This document shows, one piece after another, positions 46,596 to 57,007 of a stretch of DNA of 64,000 nt. Made by a program: the position numbers and the translations under genes. The stretch lies in the IMG/VR virus record IMGVR_UViG_3300023174_000079, positions 32,001 to 96,000 of that record; one strand, 5' to 3'. Each line of letters begins with the position of its first letter. The stretch's first letter is position 1. The notes under the pieces are model-generated. The model was not told where the DNA came from, did no database searches, and saw nothing but the letters and a program-made list of their open reading frames with translations. The DNA is from a virus.

Positions 46596-47438
46596 ATGCC
46601 TGGAAAAATTGGAGTTGGAATTATAACGTGTGAGCGATTAGATTATCTTAATAATTTATTAGATTCTATTGATAAGGAAGTAGCAGGTATTGATTTTCTA
46701 ATCATAATAGACGATGGTAATAAAAAAACTATGCATTCACACCCTAAAGTAAACTTTATAAATCATACAAACGGTAGAGTAGGTGTTGGTAAAGCAAAAA
46801 ATATGGCTCTAAAGAAATTATATGAACAAGAATGTGATTATATTTTTCTTATTGAAGATGATATGGTTATTATCGATCAATCAATTTTTAAGCAATATGT
46901 AACAGCGTCAAAGATTAGCGGTATTCAGCATTTTAATTACGGACCAGGATCTCCCTTTAATCGTAAACAAACTATTAAGAATTTTGACCTTCACAATAGA
47001 CACCTTTTAGAGGAAGAAACTGAGCCTAATCCACGCGCTATTATTGATTACAAAGATATTAAAATAGCTCTATATAAACACGTTACCGGTACGTGTTCTT
47101 TCTATACACGTAAGGCAATAGATATAGTTGGATATATTGATGAAAACTACAAGAACGCTTGGGAGCATGTAGATCATACGTATAATATCATTAAGGCGAA
47201 ATTACATCCTCCTTTTTGGTGGTTTGCTGATCTTGCTAATAGCCATAGACTTATTGAGCCGCAGAAAAACGCAATCGGTAACAGCTCGACATCTAAGAAT
47301 ACTAATGAATGGATGGAGAATGTAAGAGTAAATGCAGAGAAATATAAAGCAAAACACGGTCACTATCCAGCAGAAGCTTTTGATACTGATCTTAGCAACG
47401 TGACATCTATTCTTAAAAAATTAAAACCCAATGAATGA
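46596..47438 (+). CDS. Glycosyltransferase (GT2-like)
   Basis: GIITCER, IIDDG, GVGKAKN, FLIEDD, GYIDE, WEHVD. Confidence 0.88.
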   Translation: MPGKIGVGIITCERLDYLNNLLDSIDKEVAGIDFLIIIDDGNKKTMHSHPKVNFINHTNGRVGVGKAKNMALKKLYEQECDYIFLIEDDMVIIDQSIFKQYVTASKISGIQHFNYGPGSPFNRKQTIKNFDLHNRHLLEEETEPNPRAIIDYKDIKIALYKHVTGTCSFYTRKAIDIVGYIDENYKNAWEHVDHTYNIIKAKLHPPFWWFADLANSHRLIEPQKNAIGNSSTSKNTNEWMENVRVNAEKYKAKHGHYPAEAFDTDLSNVTSILKKLKPNE

Positions 47439-48846
47439 TCTTACACTTATTACCTGTTCTTTTAATACACCCGATATAACACTAACAATGTTAAGATCGT
47501 GGATGTCAGTGCATAATAGTACACAGAGACTTGTCTTAGTAGATAATTCTACAGATGATAAAACTAAAGGACTGCTATTTGACAATAAGATACCATATAC
47601 ATCACGTCCAGGGCTTAGTCATGGTCAAGGCGTTAACGAAGCATTAAAGCTCTGTAAAACGAAATACGCTCTTTTAGTCGATACAGATGTTATCTTTTTA
47701 AAAAATCATACTGATATTTTTGAGCAATTTAAATCCATGGATCTAGCTATCATGGGTAAGGTTGAAGGTGATCGAGGTGGTAAGAAAATCTATAATAGAG
47801 TTAATCCGTGGCATTGTTTCATCGACGTTGAAAGGATTAAAGAACATGGCATTACTTTCTTTAATGAGGAAAAAATGAAGAATAGTTTTAAAACCGATAA
47901 AATTTATGATATTGGGTCAACTTTCTTGGAAGATATAAAGAAAGCAGGATTAAAAATCGGTAATGTTGATTTAGAAAAAAATTACTTCCTTCATCTCGAA
48001 GGAATGAGCTGGTATAAAAATAAATTTAATCCAAATCAAGAAGATACAGGAATTGACTTTGGCGGTACACATAATAATTCTGCGTTTGTACAGGTATACG
48101 ATCAAAAATATAATTACTTTAAAGAGTTAAAGAAGCGATACGATGATATAAAAGTATCTAATAAATTTATTTACGAAGAACCAATATTACTTGTAAAATT
48201 TCCAACAAGAGAGCGTAAGGAGAAATTCTTTACAATGTTAGACAAATATTATAAGCTCTTATCAGGTAAAAATAATGTCAAGTTTCTTATAACCTGTGAT
48301 AGTGATGATAACACTATGAATAATGATGAGGTTAAAGAGAAATTTAAAACATATAAAAATTTAACTGTTGAATACGGTAATAGTAAATCAAAAATTGAAG
48401 CTTGTAACGTTGGTCTCGATAGTCATAAATTTCAAATTGTTTTGCTTGCATCTGATGATATGGAGCCTGTTATTAAGGGCTATGATTCTATTATTATTGA
48501 TGGTATGTGTAAAAATTTTCCAGATTTTGATGGTGTATTATGGTTTAATGATGGATTTCAAGGTAATAGGCTAAACACATTATGTATTCTAGGGCATACA
48601 TATTATAATCGATTTAATTATATCTATCATCCAATATATAAGTCGCTTTATTGTGATGCTGAGTTTACTATAGTATCACAGACTCTTAATAAAGTGAAGT
48701 ATTTCAACGATGTTATTATTAAGCATGTACAATATAGTATTGTTAAAGAGGAGCCAGATCAGCTATACTTAAGAAATGATGGTCTCGAAAATATCGATAA
48801 ATTATCTTTCTTACAGAGACAAAAAATAAATTTTGACCTAAAATGA
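47431..48846 (+). CDS. Two-domain glycosyltransferase (GT-A + GT-A)
   Basis: LVDNS, HGQG, LVDTDV, YDIGS; second domain KFPTRER, LASDDM, LYCDAE. Confidence 0.85.
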   Translation: MNDLTLITCSFNTPDITLTMLRSWMSVHNSTQRLVLVDNSTDDKTKGLLFDNKIPYTSRPGLSHGQGVNEALKLCKTKYALLVDTDVIFLKNHTDIFEQFKSMDLAIMGKVEGDRGGKKIYNRVNPWHCFIDVERIKEHGITFFNEEKMKNSFKTDKIYDIGSTFLEDIKKAGLKIGNVDLEKNYFLHLEGMSWYKNKFNPNQEDTGIDFGGTHNNSAFVQVYDQKYNYFKELKKRYDDIKVSNKFIYEEPILLVKFPTRERKEKFFTMLDKYYKLLSGKNNVKFLITCDSDDNTMNNDEVKEKFKTYKNLTVEYGNSKSKIEACNVGLDSHKFQIVLLASDDMEPVIKGYDSIIIDGMCKNFPDFDGVLWFNDGFQGNRLNTLCILGHTYYNRFNYIYHPIYKSLYCDAEFTIVSQTLNKVKYFNDVIIKHVQYSIVKEEPDQLYLRNDGLENIDKLSFLQRQKINFDLK

Positions 48847-49559
48847 AAATAAAAGCGTATACTATTTTTACAGATTCGCATAAGCGTATGTTTTGTGATT
48901 ATTTGATGACGTCATTTCCGTTCAGACAAGAGATTGAACTAACTGTTTTGTATAGGGATCAAGCCTGTAAGACAGCGGAGTTTGAGACGAATGGATGGAA
49001 AGATACGATGAAAGAGAAAGCGAAGTGTTTTGTCGACGGTATTACGAGCTGTAAGGAGGATGAAGTCTTTATGTTTATCGATCCTGATATTCAGTTCTTT
49101 GGAGATTTTTACGATGACATTAAGCAGGCTTTAGACACTTGCGATGTTGTTTGGCAGAATGACGTTATTGGAGGTGTTAATACGGGTTTTTTTGCCGCGC
49201 GAAGCACGAAAGCGACGCGTGGCTTCTTTAAAACTGTGCTCGGTAATTTAGACTCTGATCAATTTAAACAAGAACAAGAACTTGCTAACTATCTTCTTAG
49301 ACAGATACATCTCTACCCGACAATTAACTTTAAGTGGAAATTTTTACCTAATACGTATTGGACTTACGGTCATATTGCTGCACAGCCCAAGAAAGATAAC
49401 AGCGGGCTAAAGGGAAGCTGGAAGCAAGAAGACGATGACTTTGATATACCAACTGATATTAAAATGCACCACGCTAACTGGACGTTGGGTGTAGATAATA
49501 AAGAAACAATACTTCAAATCGTCCGCGACAAGTATAAAAATATATATGACCAAAAATAA
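48843..49559 (+). CDS. Nucleotide-diphospho-sugar transferase (GT77-like)
   Basis: FIDPDIQFF, NTGFF, HHANW. Confidence 0.8.
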   Translation: MKIKAYTIFTDSHKRMFCDYLMTSFPFRQEIELTVLYRDQACKTAEFETNGWKDTMKEKAKCFVDGITSCKEDEVFMFIDPDIQFFGDFYDDIKQALDTCDVVWQNDVIGGVNTGFFAARSTKATRGFFKTVLGNLDSDQFKQEQELANYLLRQIHLYPTINFKWKFLPNTYWTYGHIAAQPKKDNSGLKGSWKQEDDDFDIPTDIKMHHANWTLGVDNKETILQIVRDKYKNIYDQK

Positions 49560-50400
49560 TTTTGTTGATGATTCATTTTATATAACAGAACAGCTTCAGA
49601 CTGACGAGCCGTTTGGATGCGGCAAGATAGGTAATTGTGAGCTAATGTGCTTGTACAATTATTTTTTATATAACCATAAAAATCAACCTGTCAGCTGGAT
49701 GCCTATAGTTGAAGCGGAAATCTATAATAATGCTGGCGTGTTTCCGCAAACGGAAGCCGCGCGTATTGAGTTTGTAGAAGAGATTATACGAAGCATGCCA
49801 TATCTTGACGCATTGGCCTCGTGGTCTTCTTTTAACCGTGGTTTTGAAGATCGCTTTATACGTAAATATTCACCGAATTGCCGGCAAATAGACTTGCAGA
49901 GTCTTGAGCCATTTTATTTCGGAGCACCGTGGACCGAGTATCTTAGAGATAAGAAAGTTCTAGTTATATCGCCATTTATAGAATCAATAAAAGTGCAGTA
50001 CGCAAAACGCGAAGCTCTCTGGAAAGACCCGCGTATATTACCTGATTTTGATCTCATTACCCTTAAACATCAACATTCGCCTGGCATAGATATCCCAAGC
50101 AAATATGAGAATTGGCTAGATATGATTAATCATTATAAGACTCTGTTAGATGATATTAATTACGATATTTTGCTTATTGGAGCTGGTGCCTCAGCGTTAC
50201 CACTTGTAGCGCATGCACGTAAAACCGGAAAGAAGGGTATACATCTCGGTGGTCCATTACAACTCCTATTCGGTATAAAGGGAAGTAGATGGAATAACAG
50301 TAGTGTTGGAAAACACTTTTATAACGATTCATGGATCAGGCCATCAATCGAGGAGACACCACACAAGTTCAAAAACATAGAAGACGGTTGCTACTGGTAA
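49546..50400 (+). CDS. Glycan-cluster protein, possibly a GT-D-like fold
   Basis: GKIGNCE, LEPFY, KKVLVISPF, LIGAGA, IHLGG.LQLLFGIKG.RW. Confidence 0.55.
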   Translation: MTKNNFVDDSFYITEQLQTDEPFGCGKIGNCELMCLYNYFLYNHKNQPVSWMPIVEAEIYNNAGVFPQTEAARIEFVEEIIRSMPYLDALASWSSFNRGFEDRFIRKYSPNCRQIDLQSLEPFYFGAPWTEYLRDKKVLVISPFIESIKVQYAKREALWKDPRILPDFDLITLKHQHSPGIDIPSKYENWLDMINHYKTLLDDINYDILLIGAGASALPLVAHARKTGKKGIHLGGPLQLLFGIKGSRWNNSSVGKHFYNDSWIRPSIEETPHKFKNIEDGCYW

Positions 50401-50437
50401 TCGGTAATATAAGCGCCTATAATACATCAAATATAGT

Positions 50438-51286
50438 ATGGTAATCGATTTCAAAAATTTAAGACCAAGCGCTGATTATCCTGTCTATCCGCCTTACCAC
50501 AAGGGTGATTATTTGGAAGAATATTTTTATAAGTTTTATGTAAAAAATAAAGGCGAATTTGATAAGACTGGATACACGTTAATACCAATCTTTTGGACAA
50601 ACGTTTATATTACGAATAAAAACGTAAATCTTATTCAGCATTACATTGATAACCTACCGCCAGGTAAATATTTTACTGTATCGCAACACGACGATGCTGT
50701 AAAAGAAAAACTACCTGAAGGTGCACTAAGCTTTGAAGCAGGTGGAAATAAAGACGGCATACCGATCCCATTAATTTGTTCACCTCTACCTGACGAACTC
50801 ACGAAACCCGCAGATAAGGAAAAACTTTGCTCATTTACAGGCTCCGTTACCCATGACATAAGGAATAGAATATATCATTTACATGGTGGTGATTCAGATT
50901 TTAGCTTTGTTAATAAAAACTGGAATCCAACCGTGTGTGATAATGATTTACAGTTATTTGTAGAGAGAACAAAGCGTTCAAAATTTACGCTTTGTCCGCG
51001 TGGTTATGGGGCACAAAGCTTTAGATTATATGAAGTGCTTCAACTGAATTCTGTACCAGTTATTGTTTATGATAAGAGATGGTTTCCCTTCGAAAATACT
51101 ATTGACTGGAACAGCTTTTGCGTACTCATACATAGTAACGATATACACCTAATTAAAGATAAAATAACCAGTATTAACGATCAACAATACAGCGACATGC
51201 TCTTAAAAGGAAAGCAAATCTATAAAGAGTATTTTACTATGGAAGGTATGTCAAGAAATATTCTCAATATATTAAAAGCAAAATGA
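50438..51286 (+). CDS. Exostosin-like glycosyltransferase (GT47)
   Basis: SF.GS.TH..R, SKFTLCPRGYG..SFRLYE, SVPV, PFE..IDW. Confidence 0.85.
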   Translation: MVIDFKNLRPSADYPVYPPYHKGDYLEEYFYKFYVKNKGEFDKTGYTLIPIFWTNVYITNKNVNLIQHYIDNLPPGKYFTVSQHDDAVKEKLPEGALSFEAGGNKDGIPIPLICSPLPDELTKPADKEKLCSFTGSVTHDIRNRIYHLHGGDSDFSFVNKNWNPTVCDNDLQLFVERTKRSKFTLCPRGYGAQSFRLYEVLQLNSVPVIVYDKRWFPFENTIDWNSFCVLIHSNDIHLIKDKITSINDQQYSDMLLKGKQIYKEYFTMEGMSRNILNILKAK

Positions 51287-52080
51287 GTATTGTCGTTAAT
51301 CATATTTCCGGGTGCAGACACGGTAATCAATTGTGTCAGTATATGTATGGTAGGATTCTGTCTGAAAAATTAAAGTTTAAGCTTTTTGGAATTGATCAAA
51401 GACATAGAGAGTTTGCTTTAAATGGCTTTAATCTTAATTACAATCAACCTGAATATGCGTATTACGATACACCTATTCAACAAATAGGGACGAGCAGCAA
51501 TTATGAATATTCAGCAGGTCTTGATTGGGCACATCCTAATATCAGTATTGATAATATCTGCGCCGATACAACACCAAGAAGAATTATATTAGAAGGGTTC
51601 TTTCAAAGAAAAGAATATTTTATACCCTATAAAAAACAGATTAAAGATTGGTATAATTTTATCAATTATGATATCCCTCAGGACCACGCTGCGATACATA
51701 TAAGACTCGGCGATTTACGAGAAACTAATCATCCTGATCTTTTACCGCTTGAATATTATCAACAGGCACTTGACATGCTAAACTTTAATCATCTTACTAT
51801 TTGCACAGATACACCTACAGATAGTGAATACATCTTACCTTTTGTTAAAAAGTATAATGCACAAATTTTTACCGGTAACGAGAGAGAAACAATTTGCTTT
51901 TTATCTTGCCACAACAATCTAGTACTGAGTGTTGGTTCTTTTAGCTTCTGGGCAAGCCTTTTTAGTAATGGCTCAAATATTATAAATGCTATTCCAACAA
52001 AAGGTAATAATAGAATTGACCCTAAAAACGGTGTAGACTTACTCCTACAAGGTCCGAATTACAAATATATAAAACTATAA
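51283..52080 (+). CDS. Alpha-1,2-fucosyltransferase-like (GT11)
   Basis: HGNQLCQY, GFFQ, IHIRLGD, YY..A, GSFSFWA. Confidence 0.82.
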   Translation: MSIVVNHISGCRHGNQLCQYMYGRILSEKLKFKLFGIDQRHREFALNGFNLNYNQPEYAYYDTPIQQIGTSSNYEYSAGLDWAHPNISIDNICADTTPRRIILEGFFQRKEYFIPYKKQIKDWYNFINYDIPQDHAAIHIRLGDLRETNHPDLLPLEYYQQALDMLNFNHLTICTDTPTDSEYILPFVKKYNAQIFTGNERETICFLSCHNNLVLSVGSFSFWASLFSNGSNIINAIPTKGNNRIDPKNGVDLLLQGPNYKYIKL

Positions 52081-52868
52081 TGAAGGTTATAACAGGTACA
52101 AAAAAAGGATTCTTTGCACTCTCAAACGATACCGCTAGACAAATATCACACTGTATTAAAAATAACGAAGAGTGGTTTGTTAAGTGGGGTAACGATACTC
52201 TCTATTGCGACCCTGTACACGGTGATAATGTATGGGAATATTACTTTAAACAACAATATCCTCTTCAAGAAATCTTTCAAGTTGTAGGTGATTATACCGA
52301 GCTTGTTTTACTAAAAAATAATAGTTTTAGAACAACGATGAATTACATTTATAATAATCATTTTATTCTAAATGATTCAACAGTACAGAAGCTATCAGGT
52401 CATTATGATCTATTTGACAAAAATAATATACTCGGTGTACACATACGGCGTACGGATAAATTCCTGATAGGGATGCACGGTACTACGTTTAAGCATGCAC
52501 CTGTCGATTTAGCACTGTTTCAGCAAGAAATTGATAAAGTGATTAATGATTATGATTATCTCTATCTTGCAACAGACTGTGAAGAAGCGGTAAAGTTTAT
52601 TAAAAAATGTTACGGCGAAAAAGTCATTTATAATATAAATGCCGTGCGTGGTCAAAACGCTATCAGTATACACGATAATTATAAGCACATATCAGGATAC
52701 ATTAAAGGACTTAATGTATTAACAGATGTCATCTTATTGTCGAAATGTAGGCATTTAATTCGATCGTCATCGAATGTATCTATAACATCTCTCTATTTAA
52801 ATTTAGATTTGACACAGCTAAACCTGAATGAAAAATACCACGGTGATTCAGAGGCAGAACTTTTATGA
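52080..52868 (+). CDS. NodZ/GT23-like fucosyltransferase
   Basis: NVWEYYF.Q, GVHIRRTDK, YLATD, D..LLSKC..LI..SSNV. Confidence 0.8.
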   Translation: MKVITGTKKGFFALSNDTARQISHCIKNNEEWFVKWGNDTLYCDPVHGDNVWEYYFKQQYPLQEIFQVVGDYTELVLLKNNSFRTTMNYIYNNHFILNDSTVQKLSGHYDLFDKNNILGVHIRRTDKFLIGMHGTTFKHAPVDLALFQQEIDKVINDYDYLYLATDCEEAVKFIKKCYGEKVIYNINAVRGQNAISIHDNYKHISGYIKGLNVLTDVILLSKCRHLIRSSSNVSITSLYLNLDLTQLNLNEKYHGDSEAELL

Positions 52869-53635
52869 GAACAAATTGGCCGTCATTTGATGAATCAATG
52901 AAGTATTGTCGTAATTATACGACGAGAAAAAAAGATTTTGATAAATGGGATTTTTTAGTAAAAAAATATAACGAAATTAAAAATAGAGAGCAGCAAGAAC
53001 AAAAAATACCTAAGATATTACATCAAATATGGGTTGGAAAAAATATGCCAGAGAGAGAAAAAGAGTTCTGTGCGCAAGCTCAAAGAGCTCTCCCGCTTGA
53101 CTGGGAGTACAGGCTGTGGAGAGATGATGATGTTAATAAATTACCTAATTTTACGCAAGTCGATCTCTATAACAAGACACCAAGCTTGGGTCAAAAGTCT
53201 GACTTATTAAGACTTTATGTTCTATGTGAATTTGGTGGCGTATATTGTGATACAGATTTTATTTTAAACAAACCGTTTGACGATTTATTGGATCTCGATT
53301 TTTTTGGAGGCGTTGTCTACGATGATGTACCTAATATCGCAAATAGTGTAATGGGTAGTAGTCCAAAAAATCAATTAATTCAAGATATGCAAATCCTAGA
53401 CGAGCCAATGCGTTATAGTGATGGCATGGATATCATCAATACAACAGGACAGGGGTTGGTGACGAGTAAAATCTTTAAAAACAAAGATACATTTAATAAT
53501 TTCGTCGTACTACCGAATTTGTTTTTATATCCTTTTCCAAATTGCCCATCATGTCGAGAATCCGGACCGGATTATAGAAATTATATAACCGAGGAAACTT
53601 ATTGCTGTCACTTATGGCATGGTTCGTGGATGTGA
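52865..53635 (+). CDS. Glycosyltransferase (GT32, DXD)
   Basis: IPKILHQIWVG, SDLLRL, GGVYCDTD, TTG, HLWHGSW. Confidence 0.88.
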   Translation: MRTNWPSFDESMKYCRNYTTRKKDFDKWDFLVKKYNEIKNREQQEQKIPKILHQIWVGKNMPEREKEFCAQAQRALPLDWEYRLWRDDDVNKLPNFTQVDLYNKTPSLGQKSDLLRLYVLCEFGGVYCDTDFILNKPFDDLLDLDFFGGVVYDDVPNIANSVMGSSPKNQLIQDMQILDEPMRYSDGMDIINTTGQGLVTSKIFKNKDTFNNFVVLPNLFLYPFPNCPSCRESGPDYRNYITEETYCCHLWHGSWM

Positions 53636-53672
53636 GTAGATATACAAGAAAAAGCATGTAAATAATTTTTTT

Positions 53673-54293
53673 ATGATGGTTAATTTGTTTGAATCGATTG
53701 AAAAATACAACATGAATATTACTGGCGTAATTCACGTCGGTGGTCATTTCGGAGAGGAATATGATTCATACAAAGCAATTAGTACAATAGATAACATTGT
53801 GTTTTTTGAACCTGATAGAGAGAGCTTTATAAAGTTAAAAGAAAAAACATCACACGACACAAAAGTCATATGCATCAACAAAGCACTCGGACCCTTTTCA
53901 TGTAAAGCAACACTATACAGGACGCCTAACCAAGGTGGTGAATCGAATTCAATTCTTGAACCACACAAGCATACGCACATTTATCCAGGAATTGTCTTCA
54001 CAAACAAAGAAACTGTCGATGTCGAGCCTCTCGATAAATTTGAGCCTACCACATCATTAAATTTTCTAAATATGGATGTTCAAGGCGCAGAACTTAACGT
54101 CCTGTTAGGCGCATCAAATACCCTTAAAAATATTCAGTATATTTTAACAGAAATAAATACAGATGAACTGTATAAAAACTGCGCTCTCGTAGAAGACTTA
54201 GATTACTTTCTCGGTAAATATGGTTTCAGGCGCGTTGAAACAATTTTAGATAGAGACAGCCAGGCATGGGGCGATGCGCTTTATATAAAATGA
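53673..54293 (+). CDS. FkbM-family methyltransferase
   Basis: HVGGHFGEE, FEP, NMDVQGAEL.VL.GA, WGDALY. Confidence 0.9.
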   Translation: MMVNLFESIEKYNMNITGVIHVGGHFGEEYDSYKAISTIDNIVFFEPDRESFIKLKEKTSHDTKVICINKALGPFSCKATLYRTPNQGGESNSILEPHKHTHIYPGIVFTNKETVDVEPLDKFEPTTSLNFLNMDVQGAELNVLLGASNTLKNIQYILTEINTDELYKNCALVEDLDYFLGKYGFRRVETILDRDSQAWGDALYIK

Positions 54294-54916
54294 GTTATAT
54301 TGATGTAAATCGCGCTATTAACAATTACGGTATGAATATTACCGGTGTTATTCATGTTGGAGGCCACTACGGTGAGGAATATAGTACATATAAGAGCATA
54401 CCGACAATCAGTAATATAGTTTTTTTTGAACCTGATGAATCGAGTTTTATAAAACTGAAAGAAACAACGGCACACGATAGTTGCGTTACATGCTTTAAAA
54501 CCGGTCTTGGTCCTTTCTCCGGTAATGCTAAATTTTATAGATCCTTAGATTGCGAAGGACAAGCTAACTCAACACTACAGCCATTAATTGTAAAAGATAT
54601 ATACCCATCAATAAAATTCACCGAAATATCTACAATAGAAATAGAAACACTAGATAGTTATAATTTTCCGACAGATTATAATCTACTTAATATGGATGTT
54701 CAGGGTGGTGAGTTAAATGTTTTGCTAGGTGCAACTGATACCTTGAAGAGGATACAGTACATACTAACAGAAGTTAATACAGCTGAACTATATAAAAATT
54801 GTGCGCTAATTGAAGATTTAGATTATTTTCTCGGAAAGCACGGATTTAAAAGAATTGAAACAGGGCTCGAGTCTGAAACTCAGACATGGGGAGACGCTCT
54901 CTATATCAAAGTATGA
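54290..54916 (+). CDS. FkbM-family methyltransferase (tandem paralog)
   Basis: HVGGHYGEE, NMDVQGGEL, WGDALY; ATGA overlap. Confidence 0.9.
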   Translation: MSYIDVNRAINNYGMNITGVIHVGGHYGEEYSTYKSIPTISNIVFFEPDESSFIKLKETTAHDSCVTCFKTGLGPFSGNAKFYRSLDCEGQANSTLQPLIVKDIYPSIKFTEISTIEIETLDSYNFPTDYNLLNMDVQGGELNVLLGATDTLKRIQYILTEVNTAELYKNCALIEDLDYFLGKHGFKRIETGLESETQTWGDALYIKV

Positions 54917-55548
54917 AATTAAAAGATTATTATAAACAGAGCGTCGATATGAATGAACGTGTAGACGAGGGTGGAAATCGTATTGACGGATGGGCTTCAA
55001 TGCATTACGGTGTATTTTCGAAAATTGTAAATGACAATAACTATAAAAAAATAGCTGAAATTGGTGTAGGTTACGGTACACATGCAAAATATATCTTAGA
55101 ACACTGCAAGGATATTGAGCAGCTGTATCTTGTGGATCCTATGGTTAACTACCCTAACGATTATTTTGCTATTGATATAATGAATCAAGAAGCAGAAATT
55201 TCTGGTAATAATTTTAATGAGCTTTATGTTTTAATAAACGACTATTTATCTGCACATCAAAACTATATATGGTTTAGAAAAAAAAGTCTTGAAGTGACAG
55301 AGGCTGAGATAGCTAATGCTAGTTTAGACGCTGTTTTTATAGATGGCGCCCATGATTACGACAACGTGTTGGCTGATTTATTTTTCTGGTCAAAAAAAAT
55401 TAAACCTGGTGGTCAAATATTAGGTGATGATTTCTGGATAGGTGATATTAAGCGTGCTGTAGATTTCTTTTCAACATCCACTACCATATCATATGATTTA
55501 TTAAGACTACCGCATAAGGAGTATTATATCTATAGATTTAAATTTTAA
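54913..55548 (+). CDS. Class I SAM methyltransferase (Methyltransf_24-like)
   Basis: EIGVGYG, VDP, FIDGAHDY..V..D, KPGG.I.GDD. Confidence 0.88.
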   Translation: MKLKDYYKQSVDMNERVDEGGNRIDGWASMHYGVFSKIVNDNNYKKIAEIGVGYGTHAKYILEHCKDIEQLYLVDPMVNYPNDYFAIDIMNQEAEISGNNFNELYVLINDYLSAHQNYIWFRKKSLEVTEAEIANASLDAVFIDGAHDYDNVLADLFFWSKKIKPGGQILGDDFWIGDIKRAVDFFSTSTTISYDLLRLPHKEYYIYRFKF

Positions 55549-55553
55549 AATAC

Positions 55554-56402
55554 ATGATAACTATAAACTACGAAACAAATTTTGGTAATTGTATGTTCCA
55601 ATATGCTTTTGCAAGATTACATGCCGAGGTAAATGGATTTAATTTACAAAGTGATTTTAAATATAGAAATATCCTAGATACAACAGACCACAGGCCCGGC
55701 GAAAACGAAAGAAATATCGGAAGCACTGCTACTATACATGATATAGTATACGACTCTTTTAGAAGGGACCATGGTTCGAACTATATGAGATTGTCACCCG
55801 ATATGAGCTATTATATCAACGGGTATTTTCAGGATGCAGATTTATTTAACAATAACAGAGATCTTGTAAGAAGTTTCTTTAAGACACCTGAAGTATTAGA
55901 TGTGAATACAGAGGACACTTTTGTTACGATAAGGCTTGGAGATTTTGTTAAAACAGGACAGGACTCAGAGATAATAGATTATAATTGGTATATATCTGTT
56001 CTAGAGCAAATGCCCGGTAAGAAATTTATACAAGTTTGTGATTATAAAGGCACAAACCCGGATTATACGGCTCAGTTTATAAATACTGATCACGAAAAGA
56101 AATACATAGACCGTATCGTTAGTGCAGTTGATGGGTGTGAGGTATCATACATGGATCCTGATACTTCGAAGGATTTTAGGAAATATTTTCAATATAAAAA
56201 TATTGTATGTTCGAATAGTACGTTTGCTTGGTGGGGATGTTTTTTGAGTGATGCAGCAACTAATATTATTTCGTTTAATAAATTTGGATTTAAAGGTCTA
56301 GCGGAAATTGTTAGTCACGGACCTCATGTAAATAACTTACGTAACATTAAAAATATAGCGCATATAGTTGATGGAGGATTTTGTGATGTTACAAAATTGT
56401 AA
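55554..56402 (+). CDS. Alpha-1,2-fucosyltransferase-like (GT11)
   Basis: FGNCMFQY, GYFQ, IRLGD, SNSTFAWWG. Confidence 0.82.
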   Translation: MITINYETNFGNCMFQYAFARLHAEVNGFNLQSDFKYRNILDTTDHRPGENERNIGSTATIHDIVYDSFRRDHGSNYMRLSPDMSYYINGYFQDADLFNNNRDLVRSFFKTPEVLDVNTEDTFVTIRLGDFVKTGQDSEIIDYNWYISVLEQMPGKKFIQVCDYKGTNPDYTAQFINTDHEKKYIDRIVSAVDGCEVSYMDPDTSKDFRKYFQYKNIVCSNSTFAWWGCFLSDAATNIISFNKFGFKGLAEIVSHGPHVNNLRNIKNIAHIVDGGFCDVTKL

Positions 56403-57003
56403 GATCTTTATTTTACATCATATTCCCGCAGCTTATCGTAAGCAAAAACTACAGGAAGATCTTAATAAAGTAAATTTGATGTATCCGATAGAATGGGTAG
56501 AAGATTTTTTACCTGAAGATATTAAACACATAAAATGTAATATAAAGCTTACTGAGCTTTCTTTAACCCTCAAACATCAATATGTTTTTGAGCAAATAGT
56601 TCAGCAGAAACTACCCTATGGCATTATTTTTGAAGATGATGTTGATTTACTTAGTGTAGATAATCTACAATGTTTTATTGAAAAAAGTATAGAAGAGATA
56701 AATGAAGCGCAAGGCGATATGTTGTGGATCGGTGATGCCTGGGTTGGGAAATATACAATTCCAAAAGAATGTAAATTAGCAAATAAACTTTCATATTTCT
56801 CTGAAAACTGCTGGTCTAGATGTACACATGCTTATATAATAAGCCTACAAGGCGCTAAGACAATGCTTGAAAACTATAACTATGACTATGCTATTGATCA
56901 TCTTTTTAATCATATTAAGCGACAGAATTCTTTAAATATCGGTTGGACGGAGCCCGGTTTAATACAAAAAACAGCTGAGGGGTTATGGCAAACAATAATG
57001 TAA
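56386..57003 (+). CDS. Glycosyltransferase (GT25-like)
   Basis: SLTLKH, IIFEDD, THAYIIS..GA, AIDH; start position uncertain. Confidence 0.8.
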   Translation: MLQNCKIFILHHIPAAYRKQKLQEDLNKVNLMYPIEWVEDFLPEDIKHIKCNIKLTELSLTLKHQYVFEQIVQQKLPYGIIFEDDVDLLSVDNLQCFIEKSIEEINEAQGDMLWIGDAWVGKYTIPKECKLANKLSYFSENCWSRCTHAYIISLQGAKTMLENYNYDYAIDHLFNHIKRQNSLNIGWTEPGLIQKTAEGLWQTIM

Positions 57004-57007
57004 AGCA

